In this document: one piece after another, positions 49,595 to 58,741 of the stretch | How positions within the stretch are numbered: the first letter of the stretch is position 1 | How the letters are laid out: every line of letters begins with the position of its first letter | Assembly: GCA_964650885.1 (NCBI GenBank) | Contig: CAZYXG010000001.1 | Location: 161,986 to 225,985 of the forward strand | Length of the DNA: 64,000 nucleotides | Reading direction: 5' to 3' | DNA from: an uncultured Hyphomicrobiales bacterium | GTDB taxonomy: Bacteria > Bacteroidota > Ignavibacteria > Kapaibacteriales > UBA2268 | The notes under the pieces: generated by a model | Told to the model about the DNA's origin: nothing | Database searches by the model: none | What the model saw: only the letters and a program-made list of their open reading frames with translations | Translations under genes and position numbers: made by a program

Positions 49595-50733
49595 TGAAAA
49601 AATATATAATTCACTTAATTTTAGCTGTCTTTATTTTGACTCTTGCAGCTTGCAACCCAAAAGGAACTTCATCAAAATTTAATGATGATGCCGTTCGTAT
49701 AAAGTCCCAATACTCAAACAAATACGATAAATACAAAGTCTATAACGAAGATATTTATAGAAATGGTTCTACCTTGCGGGGGCAAGTAAATAGAATTATT
49801 GAGCAAGTTTCTATTGATACTTGTGATGGAAAAAATGATACAATCAAATCTGGATATGTAGAATTTATTGATTCAGCTTTTTTCAATAAAGATAGACCTC
49901 AAATAGAAAGAATTCCTTTAGAAGATATTGATTTTGTAGGCGAAAAGAAAGGAGTTAATCTTGGTAGGAATTGGTTTGAAAATTTCAACGACCCTTTAAA
50001 TGCAAAAAACATTAGAGAAGTTAATTATACCACTAATGTTTCAATAATTGATTGTAAAAGTCCACCTACAAAACCTTGTGATACCTGCAATACACCTCCA
50101 CCTTCGCCTATTGATTGTGGATGTGAACCTTACTCTTTTAGTTTAGGTATTGATTGCGGTAAACGAACATATTCGGACATTTTTGTTGAGTTACGTGGTG
50201 GATATGCAGCTTATGTTGACAAGCTTTCTTTATTAACTACTGGCAAAGCAGTAGAAGGATACATGGGAGAAATTGCAGTAGGATATAGATTTGGCGAAAC
50301 TAAACAATGGGGAATTGGATTGGCTTATGGCACTGGAGTTGGAATTGCCAATACTTATGATGAATCTGTTGTAACAAGACCTTGGTTAATGCTACACGGA
50401 AGAAAAAATTTCGATAGAATACTTTGTATTTCTCCATTTATTTATGGACAATTTGGTTTGTCATTAGATAAAGCTTCTCTCGATTTATTCAAATTCCAAT
50501 CTGGAGATTGTAGAGCCAAAATCACAGACCCAAGCTATAATGTGAACTTACCAATTTCTTACGGTATTGGTGCTGGTTTCGACATTCCTGTTTTAGAGGA
50601 ATTAGATTTATCAATAGATTTAGGGTATAAACATTTGAATGTAGGTGAATACCTTCCAGTTAGTGGCTTTTTGAATGTACCATTCAATAAAACAATAGAT
50701 ATGTTTGTGCTTAGATTAGGTGTTACTTATTAA
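49594..50733 (+). CDS. Putative lipoprotein with Cys/Pro-rich linker and C-terminal beta-barrel
   Basis: Lipobox LAAC, barrel strands (GEIAVGYRF, SYGIGAGFD, SIDLGYK) and terminal LRLGVTY. Confidence 0.7.
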   Translation: MKKYIIHLILAVFILTLAACNPKGTSSKFNDDAVRIKSQYSNKYDKYKVYNEDIYRNGSTLRGQVNRIIEQVSIDTCDGKNDTIKSGYVEFIDSAFFNKDRPQIERIPLEDIDFVGEKKGVNLGRNWFENFNDPLNAKNIREVNYTTNVSIIDCKSPPTKPCDTCNTPPPSPIDCGCEPYSFSLGIDCGKRTYSDIFVELRGGYAAYVDKLSLLTTGKAVEGYMGEIAVGYRFGETKQWGIGLAYGTGVGIANTYDESVVTRPWLMLHGRKNFDRILCISPFIYGQFGLSLDKASLDLFKFQSGDCRAKITDPSYNVNLPISYGIGAGFDIPVLEELDLSIDLGYKHLNVGEYLPVSGFLNVPFNKTIDMFVLRLGVTY

Positions 50734-50740
50734 AAAGGAA

Positions 50741-51640
50741 ATGAAAATAATGAAATTAAAATTACTCTTAATTATTATCTCTGCTGCAATGATTAATGCT
50801 TGTAGCGATTGCTCACTTGAGCCATTAACGAAACTTAGCTGTGCTCCAAGAGAGGCAACTGTCACACAATTCAACGCAAATGTAACTTCAATTACTGTGA
50901 AGGATATAAGTGGTAACGACTCTACTTATTTAGAACCAGTTGCTGAATTTTCAATCCATTCATATTTATTTCCAGGTACTGATGCAACTTCTGGGAGTAC
51001 TCCAAATGATTTTAGATTTTCAAATAAATCTACACTCTATTATGGAACAGTACCGTTTGTTGTAAATAAAGTTACTTATTTTGCTCAGTATGAACAAACT
51101 TTGCCATTCAACAATGATATTAATGGCGATTTTATTGTTGTTTCAGAAGATTTAACGTCCATTCCACGTACAGCAAAAATTAGATTCAATGGATTTGTAA
51201 AAAATATTGTTGCCGATATTGGTAATGATTTTATGAAAGACAACTCCAAAGATTTTTGTGCAGATATTATCAATAAAATGAATAATAATTCTAATATTAT
51301 TGATAATATCAGAAAATCAAAAACAAACTATGGTTTAGGTACAGTTCCACAATTAAATCTAACCAAATCTGATTACAAAGTCTATGATATTGATGGCAAT
51401 GTAATTACTGACCCAACTATTGTAGCTGCTATGCCAGATACTCAAATTCAGGGACAAATTAAAGGCTTAAATTTGAAAGTTTCCTACGATTCAGATGTGC
51501 AATTAGGTCAGATTTATTATTTCCAATCTTTATCTTCGGGTAGAGAATTCATTTTTGCAATCACAAATATTGACAGAGGATTGCTTACTCCTTTTAAAAA
51601 TAGACTTACAATTATGTTCACTGCTTTGGACAGGAGATAA
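50741..51640 (+). CDS. Hypothetical lipoprotein
   Basis: MKIMKLKLLLIIISAAMINAC signal II. ATG 50741 follows AAGGAA; the ORF track instead starts at GTG 50720. Confidence 0.7.
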   Translation: MKIMKLKLLLIIISAAMINACSDCSLEPLTKLSCAPREATVTQFNANVTSITVKDISGNDSTYLEPVAEFSIHSYLFPGTDATSGSTPNDFRFSNKSTLYYGTVPFVVNKVTYFAQYEQTLPFNNDINGDFIVVSEDLTSIPRTAKIRFNGFVKNIVADIGNDFMKDNSKDFCADIINKMNNNSNIIDNIRKSKTNYGLGTVPQLNLTKSDYKVYDIDGNVITDPTIVAAMPDTQIQGQIKGLNLKVSYDSDVQLGQIYYFQSLSSGREFIFAITNIDRGLLTPFKNRLTIMFTALDRR

Positions 51641-51645
51641 TACTA

Positions 51646-54519
51646 ATGAAATTAAATATTTTTGCATTTTCAATTTTAACTTTAGTTTTAGTAACTTCTT
51701 GTGCAGATAAAACTATTGTAAAAATACTTCCAACAAATAATTTGACTAAAATTGATTCAACTTTAGCAACAAATACTGTTAAAGATGAAGTGGCACCAAT
51801 TACAAGACCTGATGCAATTCCAAATTATTCATCTCCATACAATAGAGAAATGAAATCTTTAGAAGTAAATGTAAAAGACATTATTTCTGCTTCTAGTTTA
51901 ACAAAACAAGATTTTAATCTTAAAAACTCTAATGTGCAGGCTTATAATTACTTGTCTCAAAATGTAGAATCACTTAGCTTTATAGATAAAGAAAATGGTT
52001 TTGTTGCATTTTCACATCCACCCACAGAAGAATATGCAAAATATGCACACCTACCTTTGAAAGGTATTAAAGGTGGTACAGATATTTTTGAATTCCGAAA
52101 TAATAAAAGTGTTGAAATGGAACTTAATGGACTCGATTCCATAAATACAGAATTTTGGGAATCACATCCATTTGCTGCTGATACTATTTTAATGGACAAA
52201 TTTGGAAAAACAAAAAGAGTTACTATTTTGCTTTGGGCTTCTGATAGAGATTATCCTTTTTTGAAAAAAGTTACTCTTAAAAAAGATACTATCAAAATAG
52301 GTGGTACAGATATTTTTTATTCATTCAAAGAAGAAGGAAAATCTTGGACTACTCCCATGAAATTAGAATTTGGCATTTCTACAAAGGAAGCTAACGAATA
52401 TTCTCCTTTTGTTTATTGCATTTGTGGTGAATCTCAAACTCTATTTTTCTCTTCCGATAGAGATAAAACTAACAATAATGATTTTGATATTTACTACTCG
52501 AGAATCAAAATCAACTTTGATAAAAAAGTTATAGAACAAGATGGGCAAGTTACTGCATTTACAAAAGCTGAAGAAGCCAAAGCAACTGGAAAATCAGAAG
52601 AAATTAAAGCTGAGATTAATTCTAGTTCTGATGAGAGATTTCCTTATGTTCCATATCCTTTCTCAAAAGAAAATGCTAAATATTTGTATTTAACTTCAAA
52701 TAGAAATTCAATTGCAAAACCTTGGGGAAGTGATACAGTTTTAGTAAATGTTGGTGGTTATGACTTATATCGTTTCCCTTTGGCAAGTGATATATTTGAT
52801 TGTACTCCCAAACCACCACCAATAATAATTAAACCTGAAATATTTGTAACTATTAAGGTAAACGAATATAATGTTTCTGAAAGTGGTGACACCACTATTG
52901 GAAGACTTGATGTTTCTAGTAAGTACAATTTTACTTCATTTGCAAATGATACTTCATCTACAAATGAATTGAGCAAAAGCTTAAATCAAACAAATCAAAT
53001 TTATAAAATTGATTTGGATAAAAAATATGTTGCATCTGTAGTAGAACAAAACTCATCTTGTGAAACTATCAGTACTTCACCAATTTCATTTGCCACACCG
53101 AGATATATTGAACAAAATGATACTATAACAGCTGAAATCAACTGTTATTTTACGAATAATACACCTACATTTTTCGAAACAAGCACAAGCAAAGGAATTG
53201 CAATGTTTGTAACTGGTTATTGGTGGCCTTTAACTTCCGATAATTTAAATCAGTTCAAAGAAAAAGGACCAACTGGAGCTTTAAAGACATCTAATTTTAT
53301 AGACTTTGAAGACTATGAATTCTATGCTGCTGTGGCAACAAAAAATGACGAATGGTTTGAATCATACTATAAGTCAATTGAAGAAATGTTGAATAAAATA
53401 GACCCTTGCTTTATTAATAAACAGCAAATTGTAATTAATGTACATGGGTTTACCGATCCTTGCCGCTTAAGACCAACAGCAAATAATGATTTCACAAAAT
53501 TTAGTAGCGATGGCGATATTACTTTCAATGATGTAGTAGTTTCTGACGGTACAGATATGAAAAATCCAAATTTAAAAACTACAGCTGGGCAAGATTGGAA
53601 ACTACCTATTCAGTCGCAGAATGGTAATGCTATGTTGGCTTTATTAAGAGCATATCATACAAAAGTAACTCTAGATAAAGGTATTAGAAAGTATTTGTCT
53701 AATAATAAAAGCTTACTTGCAAAATATGATAACACAGTAAAATATCAAATGGATTTCTTTGGCGTTTACGACAAAGACGACTGCCCTTCAATTGCAAAAA
53801 ATCTGGTGACGATGGATTACCCAAATAAACCAACTAATCCAGAAACTTGTAATTTGCCTTACAGCAGAAGAGTAATGATCTATACTGATTTAGTGCCAAC
53901 TCTACCAAATAATATTGTTTTAAAACATGAGCGTTGTGGCGACAAATATTTTGAATCTACAATGTTTGTTGGAAATAATGAAAAAACAACAAAAGATAAT
54001 ACTCTTGCAAATGTTGCAAAAAGATTAAGCACAAATGAAGATACTAAATCAAATTCAGATGCACTAAATACTTGGGCAAAACAAAATAGCAAAGAGAAAA
54101 AGAAAATAAAAGAGAAAAAAGAAAATACTGAGAATACCGAAGTAAAAGAAGTAACGAAGGTAGTTCCAGTTGTCAATAAAGAAATACAAATCAAATTCAA
54201 TGATTATGGTATGGGTTGCCCTGGTCCTTGTTATTGGATAGAGTTTGGTGCTTTCGATACTGAAGATGAATTCACATTTGCACAATCATTAATTCAAAAC
54301 TTTGGATACAAAGATTGCCGAAGAGACCCTACGATTCGCAAAGATAGTAAAATTGGATTAATTTCTGGCGTGAAAGACAATAGACCTGAAGTGCAAGTAG
54401 ATTTGAAAGAATTTGAAACTTTCATTCAAGCAAAACTGAATAAATACATTGAAGTTGGAAAATTCAAATTCAAAGTTATGCCAATTAGAGAAGGTGAAAG
54501 TGAATCTTTTTTAAAATAA
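51646..54519 (+). CDS. Large lipoprotein: PD40/WD40-like propeller + divergent OmpA-like domain + SPOR-like tail
   Basis: Lipobox VTSC. Blades INTEFWESHPF / STKEANEYSPF / INSSSDERFPY with F-SDR and GGxD(I/L)(F/Y). OmpA-like HGFTDP...NAMLALLRA...SRRV, and tail YWIEFGAF. Confidence 0.7.
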   Translation: MKLNIFAFSILTLVLVTSCADKTIVKILPTNNLTKIDSTLATNTVKDEVAPITRPDAIPNYSSPYNREMKSLEVNVKDIISASSLTKQDFNLKNSNVQAYNYLSQNVESLSFIDKENGFVAFSHPPTEEYAKYAHLPLKGIKGGTDIFEFRNNKSVEMELNGLDSINTEFWESHPFAADTILMDKFGKTKRVTILLWASDRDYPFLKKVTLKKDTIKIGGTDIFYSFKEEGKSWTTPMKLEFGISTKEANEYSPFVYCICGESQTLFFSSDRDKTNNNDFDIYYSRIKINFDKKVIEQDGQVTAFTKAEEAKATGKSEEIKAEINSSSDERFPYVPYPFSKENAKYLYLTSNRNSIAKPWGSDTVLVNVGGYDLYRFPLASDIFDCTPKPPPIIIKPEIFVTIKVNEYNVSESGDTTIGRLDVSSKYNFTSFANDTSSTNELSKSLNQTNQIYKIDLDKKYVASVVEQNSSCETISTSPISFATPRYIEQNDTITAEINCYFTNNTPTFFETSTSKGIAMFVTGYWWPLTSDNLNQFKEKGPTGALKTSNFIDFEDYEFYAAVATKNDEWFESYYKSIEEMLNKIDPCFINKQQIVINVHGFTDPCRLRPTANNDFTKFSSDGDITFNDVVVSDGTDMKNPNLKTTAGQDWKLPIQSQNGNAMLALLRAYHTKVTLDKGIRKYLSNNKSLLAKYDNTVKYQMDFFGVYDKDDCPSIAKNLVTMDYPNKPTNPETCNLPYSRRVMIYTDLVPTLPNNIVLKHERCGDKYFESTMFVGNNEKTTKDNTLANVAKRLSTNEDTKSNSDALNTWAKQNSKEKKKIKEKKENTENTEVKEVTKVVPVVNKEIQIKFNDYGMGCPGPCYWIEFGAFDTEDEFTFAQSLIQNFGYKDCRRDPTIRKDSKIGLISGVKDNRPEVQVDLKEFETFIQAKLNKYIEVGKFKFKVMPIREGESESFLK

Positions 54520-54541
54520 AGAATTCCTTTTCTGTAAATTC

Positions 54542-54580
54542 AAAAAGCCCATCAAACTTTTATCATTTTGATGGGCTTTT
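54542..54580. terminator. Bidirectional intrinsic terminator
   Basis: AAAAGCCCATCAAA...TTTGATGGGCTTTT between convergent genes. Confidence 0.8.
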
Positions 54581-54602
54581 GATTTATAGTTGTTATTTTG
54601 CA

Positions 54603-56624
54603 TTACATTGCTTTGATACGCTCTATCTCATCTCTAAGGTTGGCAGCTAATTCAAAATCAAGATTTTTAGCTGCATCTTTCATTTGCACAAAAAGCTCTT
54701 CACAAAGTTTATCTTTATCTGAAGTACTCATATAAGCAACCATTGGCTCTGCAGCTTTTTTAATTTTGCTTTGCTCTGCCATTTTCTGATAATCAGCTTT
54801 TTGAGAATTTATATCAGCAATTGATGTAGCTGTCATAATCTCAGCAATTGATTTATAAACAGTAACAGGATCTATATTGTTAACTCTATTATACTCTATT
54901 TGAAGTTCACGTCTGCGGTTGGTTTCATCAATTACAGCTTTCATAGATTTCGTCATTTTATCGGCATAAAAAATAACTAGTCCTTTTGCATTTCTAGCTG
55001 TTCTACCAGCAGTTTGCATCAAAGAACGAGCACTACGTAAGAAACCTTCTTTATCAGCATCTAATATGGCCACAAGAGATACCTCTGGCATATCCAATCC
55101 CTCTCTTAAAAGGTTTACTCCAACTAATACATCGAAATCCCCTAATCTAAACTTACGGATAATATCCACACGCTCAAGTGAATCGACACCAGAATGGATA
55201 TAAGCTACTTTAATATTCAAATTAGTTAGATAATCGGTCAAATCCTCAGACATTCTCTTAGTCAAAGTTGTTACCAATACTCTTTCATGCAATTCAACTC
55301 TAATGCGAATTTCTTCTACCAAATCATCAACTTGATTTTTGATTGGTCGAATAGAAATTTGAGGATCTAAAAGACCAGTTGGACGAATTAATTGTTCAAC
55401 AAATACTCCTTCGCATTTATTCATTTCATAGTCACTTGGAGTTGCGGAAACAAATACAACCTGATTTAATAATTTTTCAAATTCCGAAAATTTCTGAGGT
55501 CTATTTTCCATTGCAGAAGGCAAACGAAATCCGTGCTCAACTAAGCTAGTTTTTCTTGATTTATCGCCTTCATACATTGCACCAATTTGCGATACAGTTA
55601 TATGGCTCTCATCAATTATCATTAAAAAATCATCGGGGAAATAATCTATGATACAAGTTGGTTTGTCGCCAAAAGTTCTGCCTGCTATGTGCATTGAATA
55701 ATTCTCAATACCCGAGCAATAGCCAACTTCTTTCATCATTTCCAAATCAAATAATGTTCTTTTTTCCAATCGAGAAGCTTCCAAGAATTTATCTTGTTCA
55801 TAAAGTTCTTTCAATCTAGATCTAAGTTCTTCTCTTATATCCGCCATTGCACGAGCCATATTATTCTCTGAAGTCAAGAATAGTTTGGCAGGATAAATAT
55901 AAAGTTCTTCAACTTTTTCTATTGATTCCCCTGTGAGTACATCGAAATATGAAAGTTTGTCAATTTCATCGCCAAACATTTCTATACGAATCCCCTCTTT
56001 GACTTCCGATGCTGGAATCAAATCAATAACGTCTCCACGTACTCTAAATGTACCTCGTTGAAATTCAAAATCATTACGAGAATAGTGCATTTCAGATAAA
56101 CGATAAAGCAAATCTTGTCTCTTAATTTGCATACCATTAGTTAAGTGGTAAATCATCTTTACTAATTCATCTTTCTCGCCCACTCCATAAATACAGCTTA
56201 CTGAAGCAATTAATATAACATCTCTTCTGCCATCAATAAGTGAAGAAGTTGCTTTCAATCTCAATCTGTCAATTTCATCATTTACAGCGAAATCTTTTTC
56301 AATATATAAATCTCTTTTGGCTAAGTATGCTTCTGGCTGATAGTAATCGTAGTAAGAAATAAAGAATTCAACAGCATTATTCGGGAAAAATTGTCTAAAT
56401 TCGCTATAAAGCTGAGCAGCTAAGGTTTTATTCGGCGAAATCACTAAAGTTGGCTTTTGCACTTGTTGAATTACATTCGACATAGTAAAAGTTTTACCCG
56501 AGCCAGTAACTCCTAAAAGTGTTTGAAACTTGTCTCCTCGCTCGATTCCATCTACTAATTCAGCTATTGCTTTGGGCTGATCGCCTCTTGGTTCATAATT
56601 AGAATGTAGCTCGAATTGTTTCAT
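54603..56624 (-). CDS. uvrB: Excinuclease ABC subunit B
   Basis: GVTGSGKT, SYYDYYQPEAY, DESH and LLREGLD motifs, with a C-terminal UVR domain. Confidence 0.98.
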   Translation of the reverse strand: MKQFELHSNYEPRGDQPKAIAELVDGIERGDKFQTLLGVTGSGKTFTMSNVIQQVQKPTLVISPNKTLAAQLYSEFRQFFPNNAVEFFISYYDYYQPEAYLAKRDLYIEKDFAVNDEIDRLRLKATSSLIDGRRDVILIASVSCIYGVGEKDELVKMIYHLTNGMQIKRQDLLYRLSEMHYSRNDFEFQRGTFRVRGDVIDLIPASEVKEGIRIEMFGDEIDKLSYFDVLTGESIEKVEELYIYPAKLFLTSENNMARAMADIREELRSRLKELYEQDKFLEASRLEKRTLFDLEMMKEVGYCSGIENYSMHIAGRTFGDKPTCIIDYFPDDFLMIIDESHITVSQIGAMYEGDKSRKTSLVEHGFRLPSAMENRPQKFSEFEKLLNQVVFVSATPSDYEMNKCEGVFVEQLIRPTGLLDPQISIRPIKNQVDDLVEEIRIRVELHERVLVTTLTKRMSEDLTDYLTNLNIKVAYIHSGVDSLERVDIIRKFRLGDFDVLVGVNLLREGLDMPEVSLVAILDADKEGFLRSARSLMQTAGRTARNAKGLVIFYADKMTKSMKAVIDETNRRRELQIEYNRVNNIDPVTVYKSIAEIMTATSIADINSQKADYQKMAEQSKIKKAAEPMVAYMSTSDKDKLCEELFVQMKDAAKNLDFELAANLRDEIERIKAM

Positions 56625-56677
56625 TTTTGTAAATTGGTATTGTTAATCTTATCAATTTAAGGCATTTTAAAATTTAT

Positions 56678-57763
56678 ATGGCGACAAAATTTGAATTAAG
56701 AGATATAATTTCGCTTACAATGATGAAAAACATTAGTAATAGAAACGTTATAGACATTGTTAGCAATAATAACTATTTAGACGATTTTATTAGAAAAGCT
56801 GATAATCCGAAGTATAAAAAGATTTTTCATCAAGAAAATTTATTCAATTCAAGTTCTATACCCTTCGGTCTTGCTGATGAGGAAATTATGAACAATGAAA
56901 AGAAAAATTACAAAATAATTACTTTTTGGGATGAAAATTACCCCGCTCGGCTTAAAGAAATTTATGACCCACCAGCTGTAATTTATGTTAGTGGGAGTTT
57001 AAAAGATTTGAAGAAAAGTATTTCGGTAGTTGGCACGAGAGCTTGCTCTGTTTATGGGAAATTAGCCACAGAGCAATTCGTTACTGAATTTGTTAATTCG
57101 GGAGTGGCTGTGGTTTCTGGTATGGCTTATGGAATTGACTCTGCTGCTCACACAACTGCAATTGAAAAAGGTGGATATACTATTGCAGTAGTAGCATTTG
57201 GATTAGATAAAATAGCACCTTCAAATATGAAGAAGCAATCACAGAAAATAATTGATTCTGGAGGTGCAGTTTTAACTGCCTATTCAAGCCAAACTGTAGC
57301 ACAAAGAGGCTATTTTCTTTCACGCAATCGAATTATCAGCGGGTTAACTTCAGCCACTTTGATAGTGGAAAGTAGTGCCAAAGGAGGTTCACTTTGGACT
57401 GCTAAGTTTGCTCTTGACCAAAATAAAGAAGTTTATGCTGTACCAGGGAGAGTTTTCGATGAGAAAAGTCAAGGCACAAATAAGTTAATCAAAGATAATA
57501 TAGCACAAATTGCACTTAATCCAGAAATAATATTGACAGATTTAGGATATAAATCTGAAATTTCAAACAATAATATTCCAACAAATAAGTTTAATGAAAC
57601 AGAAACATTGATTATTAACAGTTTGTCTAAAAACCCAACCCATATTGACGAAATTAGTGAATTGACTCAACTTGATATGTCAGTTTTATTAGTAAATCTA
57701 TTGAATTTGGAATTCAATGGCAATATTAGACAACTTACTGGAAAGTATTTTATTATAAATTGA
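56678..57763 (+). CDS. dprA: DNA-processing protein DprA
   Basis: YPARLKEIYDPP, VVGTR, VSGMAYGID, RNRIISG and AVPG motifs, with a C-terminal winged helix. Confidence 0.95.
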   Translation: MATKFELRDIISLTMMKNISNRNVIDIVSNNNYLDDFIRKADNPKYKKIFHQENLFNSSSIPFGLADEEIMNNEKKNYKIITFWDENYPARLKEIYDPPAVIYVSGSLKDLKKSISVVGTRACSVYGKLATEQFVTEFVNSGVAVVSGMAYGIDSAAHTTAIEKGGYTIAVVAFGLDKIAPSNMKKQSQKIIDSGGAVLTAYSSQTVAQRGYFLSRNRIISGLTSATLIVESSAKGGSLWTAKFALDQNKEVYAVPGRVFDEKSQGTNKLIKDNIAQIALNPEIILTDLGYKSEISNNNIPTNKFNETETLIINSLSKNPTHIDEISELTQLDMSVLLVNLLNLEFNGNIRQLTGKYFIIN

Positions 57764-57769
57764 TACGAA

Positions 57770-58741
57770 ATGAACCCCAAACACTACTTAGATGAAATTG
57801 GCGAAGCAATTGATTTGGAATTGAATAATGCGACTGACTTAATTTCAAAAACAGAATTAGATATTCCTTATACTTATTTCTTAAAAAATGGTGGTAAGCG
57901 TTTAAGACCAAAACTAACTATTCTTGCAGCATCAGCTGTTGGTATTCCAATTGAGGAATCACTTAGTAATGCTATTGCTATTGAATTGCTGCATAATTTT
58001 ACTCTAATCCACGACGACATAATGGATGCTTCTGAGATGAGACGTGGCAAGAATACCATTCATGTTAAGTGGGATACTCCAACAGCAGTTTTGCTTGGCG
58101 ATATGATTATGGGAATGGCATATAAATACTTGAAGGGAAATGAAAAAATCCAAACTGCTTTTTCAAAAGCTCTTTTTGACGTATGCTATGGACAAGCATT
58201 AGATATTAAGTTTAACAAAGACCAAAGTGTCAGTGTGTTCGATTATTTTGAAATGATAAGTAATAAAACTTCTTCTTTGCTTGTTGCTTCAGTTGAAATA
58301 GGATCAAGAATTGGACACAATGACCATACTTCAATTTTATTGGCAAAATATGCTGAAAATTTAGGATTAGCTTTCCAGCTAAAAGATGATTTACTTGATT
58401 TGACAGCCAATTCAGCTGAACTTGGCAAAACAATAGGGCAAGATATAATTGAAGGTAAGAAAACTTATATGATTCTTAGAACGAAAGAATTAGTTCATTC
58501 CACTGGACATAGAAAAGGAATAGAGTTAATCAATGAGTTCTATTTGCAAAATGGTTTACCAAAAGAAAGTATTGCTGTGATTTCAAATTTAATGCACGAA
58601 TTGGGAGTCATTAAAGACACTATAAAAAGGATTGAAGATTTTACAAATCATTCATTAGAAAATTTGGAAGGAATACCCAATAGCGACACGAAAGATTGCT
58701 TAATTTGGCTTACAAATTATTTACTCGATAGGAATTCTTAA
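57770..58741 (+). CDS. Short-chain isoprenyl diphosphate synthase (likely FPP/GGPP synthase)
   Basis: GGKRLRP, HNFTLIHDDIMD (Phe at -5 before the first Asp-rich motif suggests a short product), and FQLKDDLLD. Confidence 0.88.
   Translation: MNPKHYLDEIGEAIDLELNNATDLISKTELDIPYTYFLKNGGKRLRPKLTILAASAVGIPIEESLSNAIAIELLHNFTLIHDDIMDASEMRRGKNTIHVKWDTPTAVLLGDMIMGMAYKYLKGNEKIQTAFSKALFDVCYGQALDIKFNKDQSVSVFDYFEMISNKTSSLLVASVEIGSRIGHNDHTSILLAKYAENLGLAFQLKDDLLDLTANSAELGKTIGQDIIEGKKTYMILRTKELVHSTGHRKGIELINEFYLQNGLPKESIAVISNLMHELGVIKDTIKRIEDFTNHSLENLEGIPNSDTKDCLIWLTNYLLDRNS

Noticed and set aside
52071-52317. Exact 19-bp direct repeat AGGTGGTACAGATATTTTT (52071-52089 and 52299-52317)
   Set aside because: Both copies encode the GGTDIF propeller-blade motif in frame. 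With only two copies it is not a CRISPR array or att site.
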